From Deltaproteobacteria bacterium (lineage in GTDB: Bacteria > UBA10199 > GCA-002796325 > JACPFF01), in the NCBI GenBank assembly GCA_016210045.1, contig JACQUX010000009.1, positions 65,730 to 129,729 on the forward strand: DNA of 64,000 nucleotides, given 5' to 3'. The notes under the pieces were generated by a model. It was not told the DNA's origin. It did not search any database and saw only the letters and a list, made by a program, of their open reading frames with translations. Of the stretch, positions 47,649-58,319 are shown piece by piece (position 1 is the stretch's first letter; each line of letters opens with the position of its first letter). The position numbers and the translations under genes were made by a program.

Positions 47649-48866
47649 ATGCCGCATGAACGGCGCCGCGACGCGATCGATAATGTGCGTCGCATGCTCA
47701 AATATTCTCCGCTGGTCGGAATCCTGGGGCATCGGCAAGTGGGGAAGACGACGCTCCTCTCGCGCTTGGTGAAGCGCTATGTCACCTTTGACGATGCGGC
47801 CGAACGGGCTGCCGCCGCAGCGGACGCAGCCGCATATTTGCGGCGCCAAGCGTCCGCCGGCTGTGTGGGACTCGATGAATGCCAATTCGTGCCGGCGCTC
47901 TTTCCGGCGTTGAAAGAGTGGGTGCGTTCGCATCCGCGACCCGGTCAATTTCTGTTAAGCGGCTCGGTCCGGTTTACGAGTCGGCATGCCATCCGCGAAT
48001 CGCTGACTGGCCGCCTCGTCACCCAGGAACTGCTGCCGTTCACCATCGGAGAAATGGCGCAAGAGCCGTTGGCCGGCGGACTGCTGCGGGTGATCGGCCG
48101 GTCTTCTCTCGATCAGATCGGCACGCAGTGGGTGATGCCGCGTGCGCTGTGGCAGCGCCGCACTCGGGATATTGCGCTCTTTATAGAACGGGGCGGTTTG
48201 CCGGGCATTTGCATGATGCGCAATGCGGTGATGCGGCAGACCAAAATCGGGGCACAATTGCAAACGTTGTTGGATCGAGATCTGCGCCTGATTGTGCCCA
48301 CTTCGTTATCGTATCAAACGGTATACGACGTGGCCGCGTATGTCGCGACCCATGTGGGGCAACCGATCAACTGGTCGGATATGCAGCGGGCCGTGCATGT
48401 CACGCCGCCGACATTGAAGAAATTACTCTATGCGCTGGAAGCGATTTTTATTGTGCGAACCGTGCCGATCGAAGGATCGTCGAGCGGGCAGGTTTATTAT
48501 TTTGAAGATGTGGCGGAATGGCAGTCCCTGTGTGGCGGCCACGTGCCGCAGCCATGGCTCCTCGCGCAGTTGATTTTTCACCACGCGCGCGTGCAGTGGA
48601 TCTATCAACTCGAGCGCACTGCGGCCTTCTTTCAATATCGGACGCGGGGTGGCGCGCTAGTGCCGGTGTGTATCCGCAGTCCCGAAGGCGTGGTGGGGCT
48701 CTTGCCGATCGCCGCCGCGGAGCCGAATCGTTCCGAAGTCGCCATCGCGGCAAGTTTTCTGAAAACCTATGCGCAGGGCAAGCTGCTCTATCTGACCGAA
48801 GCAACCGCAGTGCCCCGAGGCAGCAGTCGCACCGCCATTCTCCCGCTGGCCGCGATTACGTTCTAA
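47649..48866 (+). CDS. AAA+ ATPase with DUF4143-type C-terminal domain (COG1373 family)
   Basis: Walker A GHRQVGKTTLL, Walker B GLDECQ; architecture typical of AAA_14+DUF4143. Confidence 0.8.
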   Translation: MPHERRRDAIDNVRRMLKYSPLVGILGHRQVGKTTLLSRLVKRYVTFDDAAERAAAAADAAAYLRRQASAGCVGLDECQFVPALFPALKEWVRSHPRPGQFLLSGSVRFTSRHAIRESLTGRLVTQELLPFTIGEMAQEPLAGGLLRVIGRSSLDQIGTQWVMPRALWQRRTRDIALFIERGGLPGICMMRNAVMRQTKIGAQLQTLLDRDLRLIVPTSLSYQTVYDVAAYVATHVGQPINWSDMQRAVHVTPPTLKKLLYALEAIFIVRTVPIEGSSSGQVYYFEDVAEWQSLCGGHVPQPWLLAQLIFHHARVQWIYQLERTAAFFQYRTRGGALVPVCIRSPEGVVGLLPIAAAEPNRSEVAIAASFLKTYAQGKLLYLTEATAVPRGSSRTAILPLAAITF

Positions 48867-48904
48867 AGGGATCTCGAAGCATGAGCGCGTCTGTGCACCG
48901 CTTG

Positions 48905-48940
48905 CGGTCCGCATTTTTTTAGCAACCTTTCTGCAGCGGG
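48905..48940 (+). terminator. Possible intrinsic terminator (imperfect GC hairpin followed by a run of 7 T)
   Basis: CACCGCTTGCGGTCCGC then ATTTTTTT, unusual in this GC-rich DNA; the stem is weak. Confidence 0.3.
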
Positions 48941-48958
48941 CGCCGATATAAGAGCGCG

Positions 48959-51900
48959 ATGACGCGTCCTATTGGAAAAGGGCCTGGTCTGGGTGGTGCA
49001 CTGCCGCCCGGACTCACGCGCGGTCTGGCGCGTACGCCGACACCGTTGCGCGGGCCGCTCGGGAGTGGGATTGGCGGACGCCAACCGCTTGGGGCTGGGA
49101 TTGGGACCGGATCCGGTCGAGGCGAGCGTTCGCCGTTGTCCTCGCACGGCGACGGGCCATTCGGGATGCCAAGCCGCGCATATCGTTTTTTGCTTCCTGG
49201 CGCTCACCATTTTTCCGCACATCATCTCGCCATCGAGTGCGCTAGCGGGCGGAAAGGTCCGCCGGATGGATCCGTCGGGAGTGGGAGTGGAAGCAGTAGT
49301 GATGCGCCGCAGGTCACGCGCGAGCCATCGCTTCGTCATGGTAAAGCGATCAAGGCCGGTGGGATTGTCGCCGCGCTCAATGCGTTGGCCGATCAAGATG
49401 CGAGTCGGACACGTGCCGTCATCGTGCGGCTCAAACCGCAGGCCTTGAGCGGACCTGAACAATGGGCCGTGTTGTTGGCGGAACTCGGCAGGGCTGTCTG
49501 GCACGGGACGGTGACGATTCTCGACGCCGAGAATCATCCGATCGTGCGCCGCGCGGCCCGTCCCGATGCGCGGCCGGCGCCATTCATTTTCGCATTGCAT
49601 CGCGAGAAAACGCACGCGGCACAATGGGAACGCCTGTGTGCGATATTGATGGACCCCGCAGTGGTGCGCGCCGTCGGCGCGACGCCGATCGTATTGCAAT
49701 ATGGATTTGTTCTGGAGTCGGCGGATGACGCCATGCATGCCCATGCCCGCGATGCAGTGGGGACGCTGGTTTCGAGTGGTTACGTGCAGGTGACGGCGGC
49801 GAATGCGGAAGGGGCCACGCTGCTGCGAGTTCAGCCGTGGATGATCTATGCACAACCGGTGCCTCTCGCGGTTGCTGCACCCGAACGCCATCGTTATCCG
49901 GAGGCGGTGGGGCGAGTGTTGCGGAGCGAGGAAGATGACGGCTCCGCGGAGTCGCCGCTTCCGGATCAACCCCATCGGGTCTTGGATGAACGCGGCGCGA
50001 GGGAGTACGAGGTGGCACAAGTGCGCGCGCTGTTGGAGCCAATTGATCCCGCCGTTCCAGTCGAGCTGACGTGTCCGCGCTCTTCACAACATCTCTATCC
50101 GCCCGCGCCTTTCTTAGGGATGCGTCGCCAGGCTGCCGTGACACTGGATGCGCGGGAATCGCCAAACGGATTTGGTGTGCATCGGATGGTATTGCACTTC
50201 GATCCGGCGCACGAGGGTGAGTTAGTGCGTGCCGACGTGACAGTGGCATTTGATGAATTACTCGAACAATCGGAACATCTAAAATTATCTCACTTAGATC
50301 CCAGTGCACGTACTTATCATTCCCTGGCCGTCGGCGCGCCGCCGGTGCCGGTCGTGATTAAGATTGTGAGTCGGCCGTCGTTGTCGTTGCAAGCGGTGTG
50401 GTCTGCGGCGCAGCTCTATTGCCGGCGGGCGCGGCAAGCGCGGATGTCGGATGTGACGATCGTCTACGGCGATCGCGTCATTACCGGCACCATCCCGGGG
50501 CGTATCTGGCGCAGCGGGGTGCCTCAACTGCCGGCCGTGGCGGCGGCTGCACCGTCGACTGATTCGGCGGATGTTGCCGCAACGGCGGCTGCCGAACACG
50601 TGCCGCCGGTCGCGGCGAGCGAAGGCCTGTCCGCAGATGCCGATGCGGAGCCACAATCCGGGGACGGCGCGTCGTTACTTCCGCCGCCTCCGCCGCCCCT
50701 ACCGCCCGACGATGGTGGACCGGCGTCGCAACCGGAACCGCCGCGCGGTACTCCCGAAGTGCCTCGAGCCGTGCCGGTGACCACGGCCATTCCGCAACCT
50801 CCGCTGCGCACGGCGGTCATTGCGCAGCGCGGGATGCCGGATCCGATCACGATGCCGGAAGCCGTCCAAGAGGGCGGATTGGCGGCAGTCGTCGTGTGGC
50901 TGCAAGTGCAGACGGTGCGGCCGCAAGGTGTCATCACGATGTGGGCGCGGCGGACGGACGCCAACCTAGCACTACTGGCGGCCACTGCGGATCGCGGGAT
51001 GCCGGTTACACTGATCGATCCGATCACAGCGGGCTATTTTCATCACGAACCGTCGATCGGATTCGACGTGGAAGTGAATCCGGATCGACTCGGCCATGTG
51101 GTGCGCGCGCTCTGCGCGGCTGCGGACGGAGACTTCGCTCCACTGCGTACGGATCCGCTGATGTTGACGTTGGCGCGGGTCGACGACCTGCCGGAGGCGG
51201 CGTTGCAACAATGGGTGACGCGTGCAGTCGCGCGGCTCCGCGACGCCGGATATGCCCAAGTGGTCGTGCGGACGGCGAGTGGCGCGGTGTTGGCGGCGAG
51301 TGATGCAATCACCGCAGTGATACCGGAGTCGAGTGACGATCCCTGGACTACCAACGGTGACGCTACAGATTCCACAACTCTGCAGACCATGATTGACGGA
51401 GATCTACGTAGTTCCCTCCCAGGCACGAGACTTATCCAATTCCACGGTACGACCGTGCCGGAGTGGTTGCGTGCCCGATTCGCCGCATACGAAACGGCGT
51501 TTGATGTGGCGGGATCCCAGAGGGGGCTGCTCATTGAAACCGATACGGAGCGCTACGAGTTTGGTTGTTCGGAACGGCTTCGACTCTGGACGTATCAGGT
51601 GCAGGCTGTGGCCCAACGGCACGGTCGGACCCTCACGAAAGCCGAAGCTGAACTGGTCGCCGAGGTCTTGTTGGCGCGCTATTGCATCGTTCCGCAATCG
51701 CCCGCCGCCGTCGCCGCAGCCAATCATTATCGCACCAGTCCGCTGGATGCCGCCGCGATGCAATCCTTTCGGGCGGAGGCCTTCCACTTTGCGACGCCGC
51801 ATGTAGTGATGGCGACCCCGGTAATCCTGCGCCTGACTGCCGATCTCGTGCCGGCCGTTGCGACGCAAGATGCAGCCGCAGAACCGGCACCACCAACGCC

Positions 51901-54900
51901 TGACACCGTGTTGCCACCGCCAGCGCCTACTGCTGATGATGCCACGGCCGCGTCCACCCCCAGTCACCAGCCACTAGTCACCAGCCACCCCTCCGCAGTC
52001 ACCAGCCCCCAGCCCCCAGTCACCCCTCCGCAGCCACTTCCGCTTGTGCAAACCCTTTGGGCCCGCATCGGCGCGACGGCACGGCCGGAACTTGCGTCGT
52101 TACTGGAACGCCTCTGGGTGATGGAACAGGCACGGCCCGGCGTGCCGTCGTGGGAGATCGCGGCCGACGGGGTGTTGACCGTGGCGCAAGCCGCCCAAGC
52201 GGTGCGCGTCAGCATCGCCGCAGCGACCGCGCACGATTGTGCGATGACCGATCCCGCGAGCCTGCGCTGGTTGCTCGATGATGTGATGCCGTCGCCGGAG
52301 ATGTTCGGCGATCCGGCGACCATGGGGATGGACCAGTGGCCGACGATATGTATTACGCCGGCGGATTTTCGCGATTTGGTTGAGGCGGCTGTTAGCGCGG
52401 TCAAGGCCGTGTTGGCGGCGCCGCCGCCGGCAGATGCAGACGCGGCGCCTGGTCCCACGGCCCCCGCGCCAGATCCAACCGCGGCCGCGTCGGCCCCAAG
52501 CGCCGCGGCCTCGTCGCACTCCCACGGTTTCCAGCGCCGCGCACTGGTCCGTTATCGTCTCGGTATATTGCGGACCATTCAGCCGCCGGTCGTCGACGCG
52601 TCCGTGTTGACGGCGCTCGAACGACTGCCTCCCGATATCGCGTTCAGTCTGCTGAGTCACAACGACGCCGCCATGATGGCCGGCTTCCTGCGCGACCAAC
52701 TTCCGCGTCCCGATCGGGACGGGGTCCCGCGCCTGGTCAAGCTGTTGTGGGCGTATTTAGGCTGTTACCAAACCGGCTATGCCGCCACGTTGGCAAAATG
52801 GTGGCGGACATTTGTGGCCGAGCAGATCGCACGCGATGCCACGCTGCAAGCCCGGCTGGAACAGCTCCGAACCTACGAGGCGGCCGATACGGTCAGCTTC
52901 AACGATCTCGATCCGGAATTGTTGCACGCTGCCGTGATGGTCGGCTTCACGGTGGCTGTGACCGCGGCGTTGCATCGCACCGGCGATACCAATCTGCTCC
53001 ATATTCAGACCGCGTTGGAATCGATTCGCGACGTGAACTCCGCCCGCACCTGGGAGTCCGTGGCGGGCTTGTCGTTCGATGCGGTGCTGGCATCCGTCTC
53101 CGCGCTGGAACCGCCCGAAGAAAGCGATCGCGAGGCGTTCATCACGCTCTCCGGCGATTGGCCGCAACCGTTCCTCGTGACCGACGCCGCGCAGACGGCC
53201 CAACAGCGCCTCACTGCCAATGCCCCACGGATCAAGGCGCTGGTCGAAGCGATGGTCGCGGGCCATCCGGTGTACCACGGCGATATTCGTGCGCTTGATA
53301 TCACGAAGCCGCCCGAGGAATCGGTGGCGCCGATCCAGCGGCGTTTCAAAACGAGTGATGGGCGACAAAAAATCGGGAATCGCCATTTGACGCTGGCCGC
53401 GCTGGCGGAAATCTACTGGGACTTGGTTACCGCGCCTGGCTGTCCCGGCGCGCATCTGCCGGAGCTGTTCGAGCCGACGCTCGCGGTGAAGCTCGATTGT
53501 CTCGTGGAACACCTCTTTGATCAGATCCGGTATGGCCGCACCCGCTTTACCCGGATGAGCCGCGCGGCCTTTGCGGCCAAGGCGAAGGAGTGGGACATTA
53601 ATCGACTCCTCCCGGTGTTGCGCGGCGACAGCAATGCCGTTGCCAAGTTGCTCGGGACCAAACTCTTCTCCGATCACTGGCGGATCCTCTCGCCATTGGA
53701 ACGCAAACGGTTCGTCGAAGGGTTTGCCCAGTTGCCGCTGGCCCAAGGCCCCGGGCCGACCGGCCGGCCAGCGCGCACGCGTGTGAGCCTGCACGAATTG
53801 GCGGAACAAGAGCGGGTCTTGATCGACTTCCTGCGCGCGCGGAACCTGCGTCTACAAGGACTTGGCGGCGAGGATATTTTTCATCTCTATGAAATTTACC
53901 GTTTCGTCACCCACGTCCGTTTCGGCCGCGACTATTCCACAGCGATGCACGAGCTCGCGTATCGATTAGGCGAACGACCCGACCCGAATCCGGATCCGGC
54001 CGCACGGATCACGGCGGAGACCGATCCGGTGCTGTTGGCCGTGTTGCGCCAGGCCTACAATTATTATCAGCGCCGGGAACAATTCGGTGCGCTGCCGGCG
54101 CGACTCCGGCCCGAGACGTTGAACTTGGCCCAATGGATCGGCGCGCAGTGGTTGACGGAGCGCAGTCCGGTCCCGACCGACGATCCGCAATTCCCGATCG
54201 ATCCGCATGTGAAATTCCTGCTCGACGGCGCTCGTCTTGGCAAGACGCGCCAAATGTTCGCCGCGTGGCAACAGCTCATCGCGCGGGGCGAGGTTGAGGC
54301 CGATGGCGCCGTCCTCTATGTGACGCGTTCCACGAACATGGACGAAGTCGCGAAGGAGTTGCAACTGATCTGCAACGACGGCCAGGCCCCGTCGGTCGGG
54401 ATGTTGCGCTGGGAAGAGGGACAGAAGGGCGTTGCGGTGACGGAAGTGGCCGGCAAACAAGTCCGGATCGTGCATTATCAGAATTTGTGGCGTCTCAATC
54501 CGTACGAATGGGAACGCGAGATCGCGAAGCGGCGGGCCCGAGCCGCGAAATTGCGTGCTTCCGTGGCGGATGCTGATCCGCGAGAGGCGAAGGGCGCACG
54601 TGCGTCGCAAGAGATTGCTGAACTCGATGCGGTGATCGAGAAATTGGAAGCGCAATTGCCGGCGCTGCGCACGCAGTGGGAGCAATTGCACGCCAATGTC
54701 GCGGTCACGATCGTCGATGAGGCCCAAGAGGCCGAAAATCCTTCCGAGGAGGTCAAACAAGCCAACGGGGTGCGCGATGCGATTGCGCATGTGCGGGGTC
54801 GGCGCGCGGAGGTTGGCAAGTCGCCGATGCGGCTCTGGTGGGCCACAGCGAGTCTCTATAATAGCGATCCGGGACATATCCAATCGTTGCTCGAAACGAG

Positions 54901-57900
54901 TTTCCCGACGCATGAGTTGTATCGGCACGGCGCGGCGTTCCGGGCCGCACATACGCACACGATGGATGGACTGCTGAAACTGCACAACGACCTGATGGGC
55001 CAGTTTTCGCTGCGTCGCACCGTGGAAGAGGTCTATGAAGTCGGCGAAGAAATTCCGGCGATTCGCGAAGTGCCGTATGCAGAGCTGGGACGGTACGAAC
55101 ATAGTCGCGAACAACTGCGCATTTATCGCGCGATCTATCTCCATTTCATGGAATGGGCGCGCGCCCGCAATGCGACGCTCCCGCCCGATAAACAGATCGA
55201 TCTCGAGCAAGTCAATCCGTTGCAGATCTTCCAATTGATGGAATGGACCACGCAACATCCTGCATTGGTCGGCGGCTCGGACGATTCGCCGATGATCGCC
55301 GAGGCGGTGCGGATCGCGCGCGAGAATGCCGCGGCAGGCCGTAAAACGGTGATCGTGTGCCAATACACCGCCGTCGTCGATCAATTCCTCGCGGCCTTCG
55401 CGGCCGCCGATGTCGGCGCCGAGCGGTTCGATGGGGCCGTCGAGGGCCTGACCGACCAACGCTATCGTTTCGCCGGACGGCGGCTGGTCGCAGATCCGGC
55501 CGGGGTTCGCGTGCGAAAAGTCTCCGTCAATTTGGACCGCTTCAATAGCGATCCCACCGTTCCGGTCCTCGTCGCCAACGTGAAGAGTATCCGCGCCGGA
55601 CTGCGGGTCAATGCCGACGATATTATATTGGCGACGGAACCGATCTCGGCCACGGAACGCTATCAATTGGTCCATCGCATCCAGAACTTGAACGCCTCGG
55701 GCGAGGCGAAGAAGGACGCCGTGCGGGTGATCACGATGGTCGGTGTACATCCGCCGCGCTTCCTGGACGACCTCGAGGATCCGGCGTTGATCGCGCTCTT
55801 TGAGGCCGGCTCGCTCGGCCAACTCATTCGGGCGTACGTCCAGGACAATCAGATCGTTTGGGAGTTGATCTTGAGTGGCGAAGTGAGTCCGGAGGGGATG
55901 GAACGCTTGTTACAGAAGAAAGTGATTGCCGGCGGCGTGTTGGATCCGCTGCGGCCACATTGGGGCGTCCGTTGGGGACGCCGCGATCCGGCGGTGGACG
56001 GCGCAGCGTCCCGCAAAACGGGGAAGCACACGGCGCATCTGTCACCGGCGCTCGCGCCCCTGTTGGACATGTGCGAGAACGGCGCCCTTACGCCGCGCGA
56101 CAAAGAACGGGCGCGGCATCAAATCGCGCGGTTGGCGCGTGGATTCCAGAGTGCCGGCGTCGCGCCGCATCGTTTAGTCACCGTGATTCAGAAACTGGCG
56201 CGGCGCGGAGAACGCGGTTTTTCCTGGGCCGATCTGGATGTCGTGGTCGATCTGCTCGAAGCGAGCGATCTCTCGACGCGCGATGTCGTCTTGGCCCAGC
56301 TCCCTCGGGCCATGGAGGCGATCGCCGAAGCGGGGCTCCGCTTTGCCGAATTGGCGGAGCAGCTCCAACCTGAAGCCAGTCCGCTCGCGTTTCTCACGAT
56401 CCCGGCGCTGCTGGCGGGCCGCTTATGGCACACCGACGCGGCCGGTGCGATCGTCTATTTCCGCTTCCTGTTGCGGACGCTGGCCGCCGTGCCGGACATC
56501 GCCGCGCGTGATGCATTGGCGCAGCGTCTCTTCGTGGCGTTGGCCCGATTCAGTAGCCGACCGGAAGACTTGTACGACGACACGCTGATGCAGTTGTTTG
56601 CGCGCCCGCGACGGGAGCCGCCGCTCGGACTGTCCGAGCAAGTGGCCGCATTGGAACAGTTGGCGGTGCTGCAGGTCGTCGATCGAGAGAACTTGCCCAT
56701 GTTGCTTGCGGAAGGGAGCGGCACACTGGGCAATGTGGACGACACGCTGGAGAGTCTGCAAGCGGGCGGTGCCGGGACGTGGCAACCGCTGCTCCATGCG
56801 CTGCGTGTTGCGTCACCAGGCCCCAGACTGCTCGCGGCACTCGATGCCCTCGGCCGGCGCCCCGGACAGATTGAGGCCGTCGGCACGATGTTCCAGCGGC
56901 TCGAAGGGGCACAAGCGGGAGCCTATCGGCAACTCCTGTTGGCGACGCTGACTGAGAATCTTCCCACGTATCGTGCCGCAGCGCCCGGATTCTTGGCGGA
57001 CGCGAAATCGCGCCGGGAATTTTGGGAACCGTGGGGACAGGAACGGACCACGGCCATGCCCGACCGCGTGGTGGGTGCCCAGGAAATGGTGACGCTGCTG
57101 CAACGCGAATACGAACGGCTGATGCATCATAAGTGGGGCTTAAGTCTCGAGCTGTTTGCCGCGTTGGAAGAACCATGGGTGGCCGAGGCATGGACACAAT
57201 ATCGGGACACTGAAGATCGCGAAGCGCGCGCGGCGCAGCACCACGCGGTGCAAGCGGATGTGGCACGCCTCAGCGGGCTCCGTTCCCAAGTCGAGGCGTT
57301 TTTCCAACCTCGTCGCCGCCGCCGCGCGAGCGACCCGGAAGTGCCCGCGATTGAGCTCTCCGCGGACGACCTGGCCTGTTTAGCAAGATATAGTGTGACA
57401 CCGCCCGACCTGGTGAATGCCGAAGCCGTGCTGGTCTACGGTCAACAACTGACGACTTGGGCCGGCCGCTTGCAGCGCGTCGCCGACTGGATGGAATTGA
57501 GCCGCACGTTGCATCAGATTTTCCACGACGATGCGGACGCCGATCCCGCGGCCGCGTTGGCGGCCGTGCAGCGGCAGATTTGGGCATTGGAAGACCGTCG
57601 CGAAGATGGACAGGGTTCACTACTCGCGGATCGCGTGCTCGATCAGTTGCATCAGCTCCGCCGCCAACTGCAGGCGTTGATCCAGTGCGCGGCGCAGGAA
57701 AAAGCGTCGACCGCATTTGCCGACGTCTCAGTGACCGACACCGATGACATAGCCGTGCTCCATCTCTTCACGCATAGCAATGCAGACTTGGTCCCGCGCT
57801 TCCGTCGCGGTGCGCGCGAGCATCTCGACACGTTGCTCGACGTGGCCGGCAGCCGCAATCGGCGCTGGGTCGTGGTCCGCAGCCACGGTCGACCAATAGC

Positions 57901-58303
57901 CGTTGCCGTGGCGTCGGTGGAAAAGAATCAGCCTGGACGCCCGCATATCCACCTCGAATGGGCCTGGTTTGCTGGCGGCTATGACTTCCGCAACGAAATG
58001 CTGGCGCATCTCCAAGCAAAAATCGCCGATCGCGAGAACGTTGCGGCACAGGGCGGAACTCCGCAGCCGATGCAATACGGACGCGAGGGGCCGGGGAAAA
58101 AGACGCCGTTGCTGACGCAGCCGCTACCGTTTTCGCCGTTGGAGGTGAGCCGGATCCCGAGCCAAGATCGTGTCACGCTGTCGTCGACCGGCAGCACGGT
58201 CGGCGACAACACCGTCGAGGCCTTCTCGCGAATCAATCCTCAAGGGACGGAAAAACACGACGCCGTGATCCTGCGTAGAGTTGTCTCCGCGTCCGGTTCT
58301 TGA
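48959..58303 (+). CDS. Giant modular protein C (3114 aa) containing a complete SNF2-family ATPase core (about 54200-55700) plus modules shared with paralogs A and B; start uncertain
   Basis: Motif I FLLDGARLGKTRQ; II TIVDEAQEAENPSE; III WWATASLYNSDPGHIQSLL; IV KTVIVCQYTAVVDQF...ERFDGAV; V/VI VLVANVKSIRAGLRVNADDIILATEPISATERYQLVHRIQN; shared QQWVTRAVARLRDAGYAQVVVRTASGAVLAASD and RYEFG modules. Confidence 0.65.
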   Translation: MTRPIGKGPGLGGALPPGLTRGLARTPTPLRGPLGSGIGGRQPLGAGIGTGSGRGERSPLSSHGDGPFGMPSRAYRFLLPGAHHFSAHHLAIECASGRKGPPDGSVGSGSGSSSDAPQVTREPSLRHGKAIKAGGIVAALNALADQDASRTRAVIVRLKPQALSGPEQWAVLLAELGRAVWHGTVTILDAENHPIVRRAARPDARPAPFIFALHREKTHAAQWERLCAILMDPAVVRAVGATPIVLQYGFVLESADDAMHAHARDAVGTLVSSGYVQVTAANAEGATLLRVQPWMIYAQPVPLAVAAPERHRYPEAVGRVLRSEEDDGSAESPLPDQPHRVLDERGAREYEVAQVRALLEPIDPAVPVELTCPRSSQHLYPPAPFLGMRRQAAVTLDARESPNGFGVHRMVLHFDPAHEGELVRADVTVAFDELLEQSEHLKLSHLDPSARTYHSLAVGAPPVPVVIKIVSRPSLSLQAVWSAAQLYCRRARQARMSDVTIVYGDRVITGTIPGRIWRSGVPQLPAVAAAAPSTDSADVAATAAAEHVPPVAASEGLSADADAEPQSGDGASLLPPPPPPLPPDDGGPASQPEPPRGTPEVPRAVPVTTAIPQPPLRTAVIAQRGMPDPITMPEAVQEGGLAAVVVWLQVQTVRPQGVITMWARRTDANLALLAATADRGMPVTLIDPITAGYFHHEPSIGFDVEVNPDRLGHVVRALCAAADGDFAPLRTDPLMLTLARVDDLPEAALQQWVTRAVARLRDAGYAQVVVRTASGAVLAASDAITAVIPESSDDPWTTNGDATDSTTLQTMIDGDLRSSLPGTRLIQFHGTTVPEWLRARFAAYETAFDVAGSQRGLLIETDTERYEFGCSERLRLWTYQVQAVAQRHGRTLTKAEAELVAEVLLARYCIVPQSPAAVAAANHYRTSPLDAAAMQSFRAEAFHFATPHVVMATPVILRLTADLVPAVATQDAAAEPAPPTPDTVLPPPAPTADDATAASTPSHQPLVTSHPSAVTSPQPPVTPPQPLPLVQTLWARIGATARPELASLLERLWVMEQARPGVPSWEIAADGVLTVAQAAQAVRVSIAAATAHDCAMTDPASLRWLLDDVMPSPEMFGDPATMGMDQWPTICITPADFRDLVEAAVSAVKAVLAAPPPADADAAPGPTAPAPDPTAAASAPSAAASSHSHGFQRRALVRYRLGILRTIQPPVVDASVLTALERLPPDIAFSLLSHNDAAMMAGFLRDQLPRPDRDGVPRLVKLLWAYLGCYQTGYAATLAKWWRTFVAEQIARDATLQARLEQLRTYEAADTVSFNDLDPELLHAAVMVGFTVAVTAALHRTGDTNLLHIQTALESIRDVNSARTWESVAGLSFDAVLASVSALEPPEESDREAFITLSGDWPQPFLVTDAAQTAQQRLTANAPRIKALVEAMVAGHPVYHGDIRALDITKPPEESVAPIQRRFKTSDGRQKIGNRHLTLAALAEIYWDLVTAPGCPGAHLPELFEPTLAVKLDCLVEHLFDQIRYGRTRFTRMSRAAFAAKAKEWDINRLLPVLRGDSNAVAKLLGTKLFSDHWRILSPLERKRFVEGFAQLPLAQGPGPTGRPARTRVSLHELAEQERVLIDFLRARNLRLQGLGGEDIFHLYEIYRFVTHVRFGRDYSTAMHELAYRLGERPDPNPDPAARITAETDPVLLAVLRQAYNYYQRREQFGALPARLRPETLNLAQWIGAQWLTERSPVPTDDPQFPIDPHVKFLLDGARLGKTRQMFAAWQQLIARGEVEADGAVLYVTRSTNMDEVAKELQLICNDGQAPSVGMLRWEEGQKGVAVTEVAGKQVRIVHYQNLWRLNPYEWEREIAKRRARAAKLRASVADADPREAKGARASQEIAELDAVIEKLEAQLPALRTQWEQLHANVAVTIVDEAQEAENPSEEVKQANGVRDAIAHVRGRRAEVGKSPMRLWWATASLYNSDPGHIQSLLETSFPTHELYRHGAAFRAAHTHTMDGLLKLHNDLMGQFSLRRTVEEVYEVGEEIPAIREVPYAELGRYEHSREQLRIYRAIYLHFMEWARARNATLPPDKQIDLEQVNPLQIFQLMEWTTQHPALVGGSDDSPMIAEAVRIARENAAAGRKTVIVCQYTAVVDQFLAAFAAADVGAERFDGAVEGLTDQRYRFAGRRLVADPAGVRVRKVSVNLDRFNSDPTVPVLVANVKSIRAGLRVNADDIILATEPISATERYQLVHRIQNLNASGEAKKDAVRVITMVGVHPPRFLDDLEDPALIALFEAGSLGQLIRAYVQDNQIVWELILSGEVSPEGMERLLQKKVIAGGVLDPLRPHWGVRWGRRDPAVDGAASRKTGKHTAHLSPALAPLLDMCENGALTPRDKERARHQIARLARGFQSAGVAPHRLVTVIQKLARRGERGFSWADLDVVVDLLEASDLSTRDVVLAQLPRAMEAIAEAGLRFAELAEQLQPEASPLAFLTIPALLAGRLWHTDAAGAIVYFRFLLRTLAAVPDIAARDALAQRLFVALARFSSRPEDLYDDTLMQLFARPRREPPLGLSEQVAALEQLAVLQVVDRENLPMLLAEGSGTLGNVDDTLESLQAGGAGTWQPLLHALRVASPGPRLLAALDALGRRPGQIEAVGTMFQRLEGAQAGAYRQLLLATLTENLPTYRAAAPGFLADAKSRREFWEPWGQERTTAMPDRVVGAQEMVTLLQREYERLMHHKWGLSLELFAALEEPWVAEAWTQYRDTEDREARAAQHHAVQADVARLSGLRSQVEAFFQPRRRRRASDPEVPAIELSADDLACLARYSVTPPDLVNAEAVLVYGQQLTTWAGRLQRVADWMELSRTLHQIFHDDADADPAAALAAVQRQIWALEDRREDGQGSLLADRVLDQLHQLRRQLQALIQCAAQEKASTAFADVSVTDTDDIAVLHLFTHSNADLVPRFRRGAREHLDTLLDVAGSRNRRWVVVRSHGRPIAVAVASVEKNQPGRPHIHLEWAWFAGGYDFRNEMLAHLQAKIADRENVAAQGGTPQPMQYGREGPGKKTPLLTQPLPFSPLEVSRIPSQDRVTLSSTGSTVGDNTVEAFSRINPQGTEKHDAVILRRVVSASGS

Positions 58304-58319
58304 TAGGGCGTGTGTCATC

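Noticed and set aside
53966-55822. 618-aa - strand ORF antisense to the SNF2 region of the giant gene
   Set aside because: The sense frame contains ordered SNF2 motifs I-VI; the antisense frame is an Arg/Gly-rich shadow.
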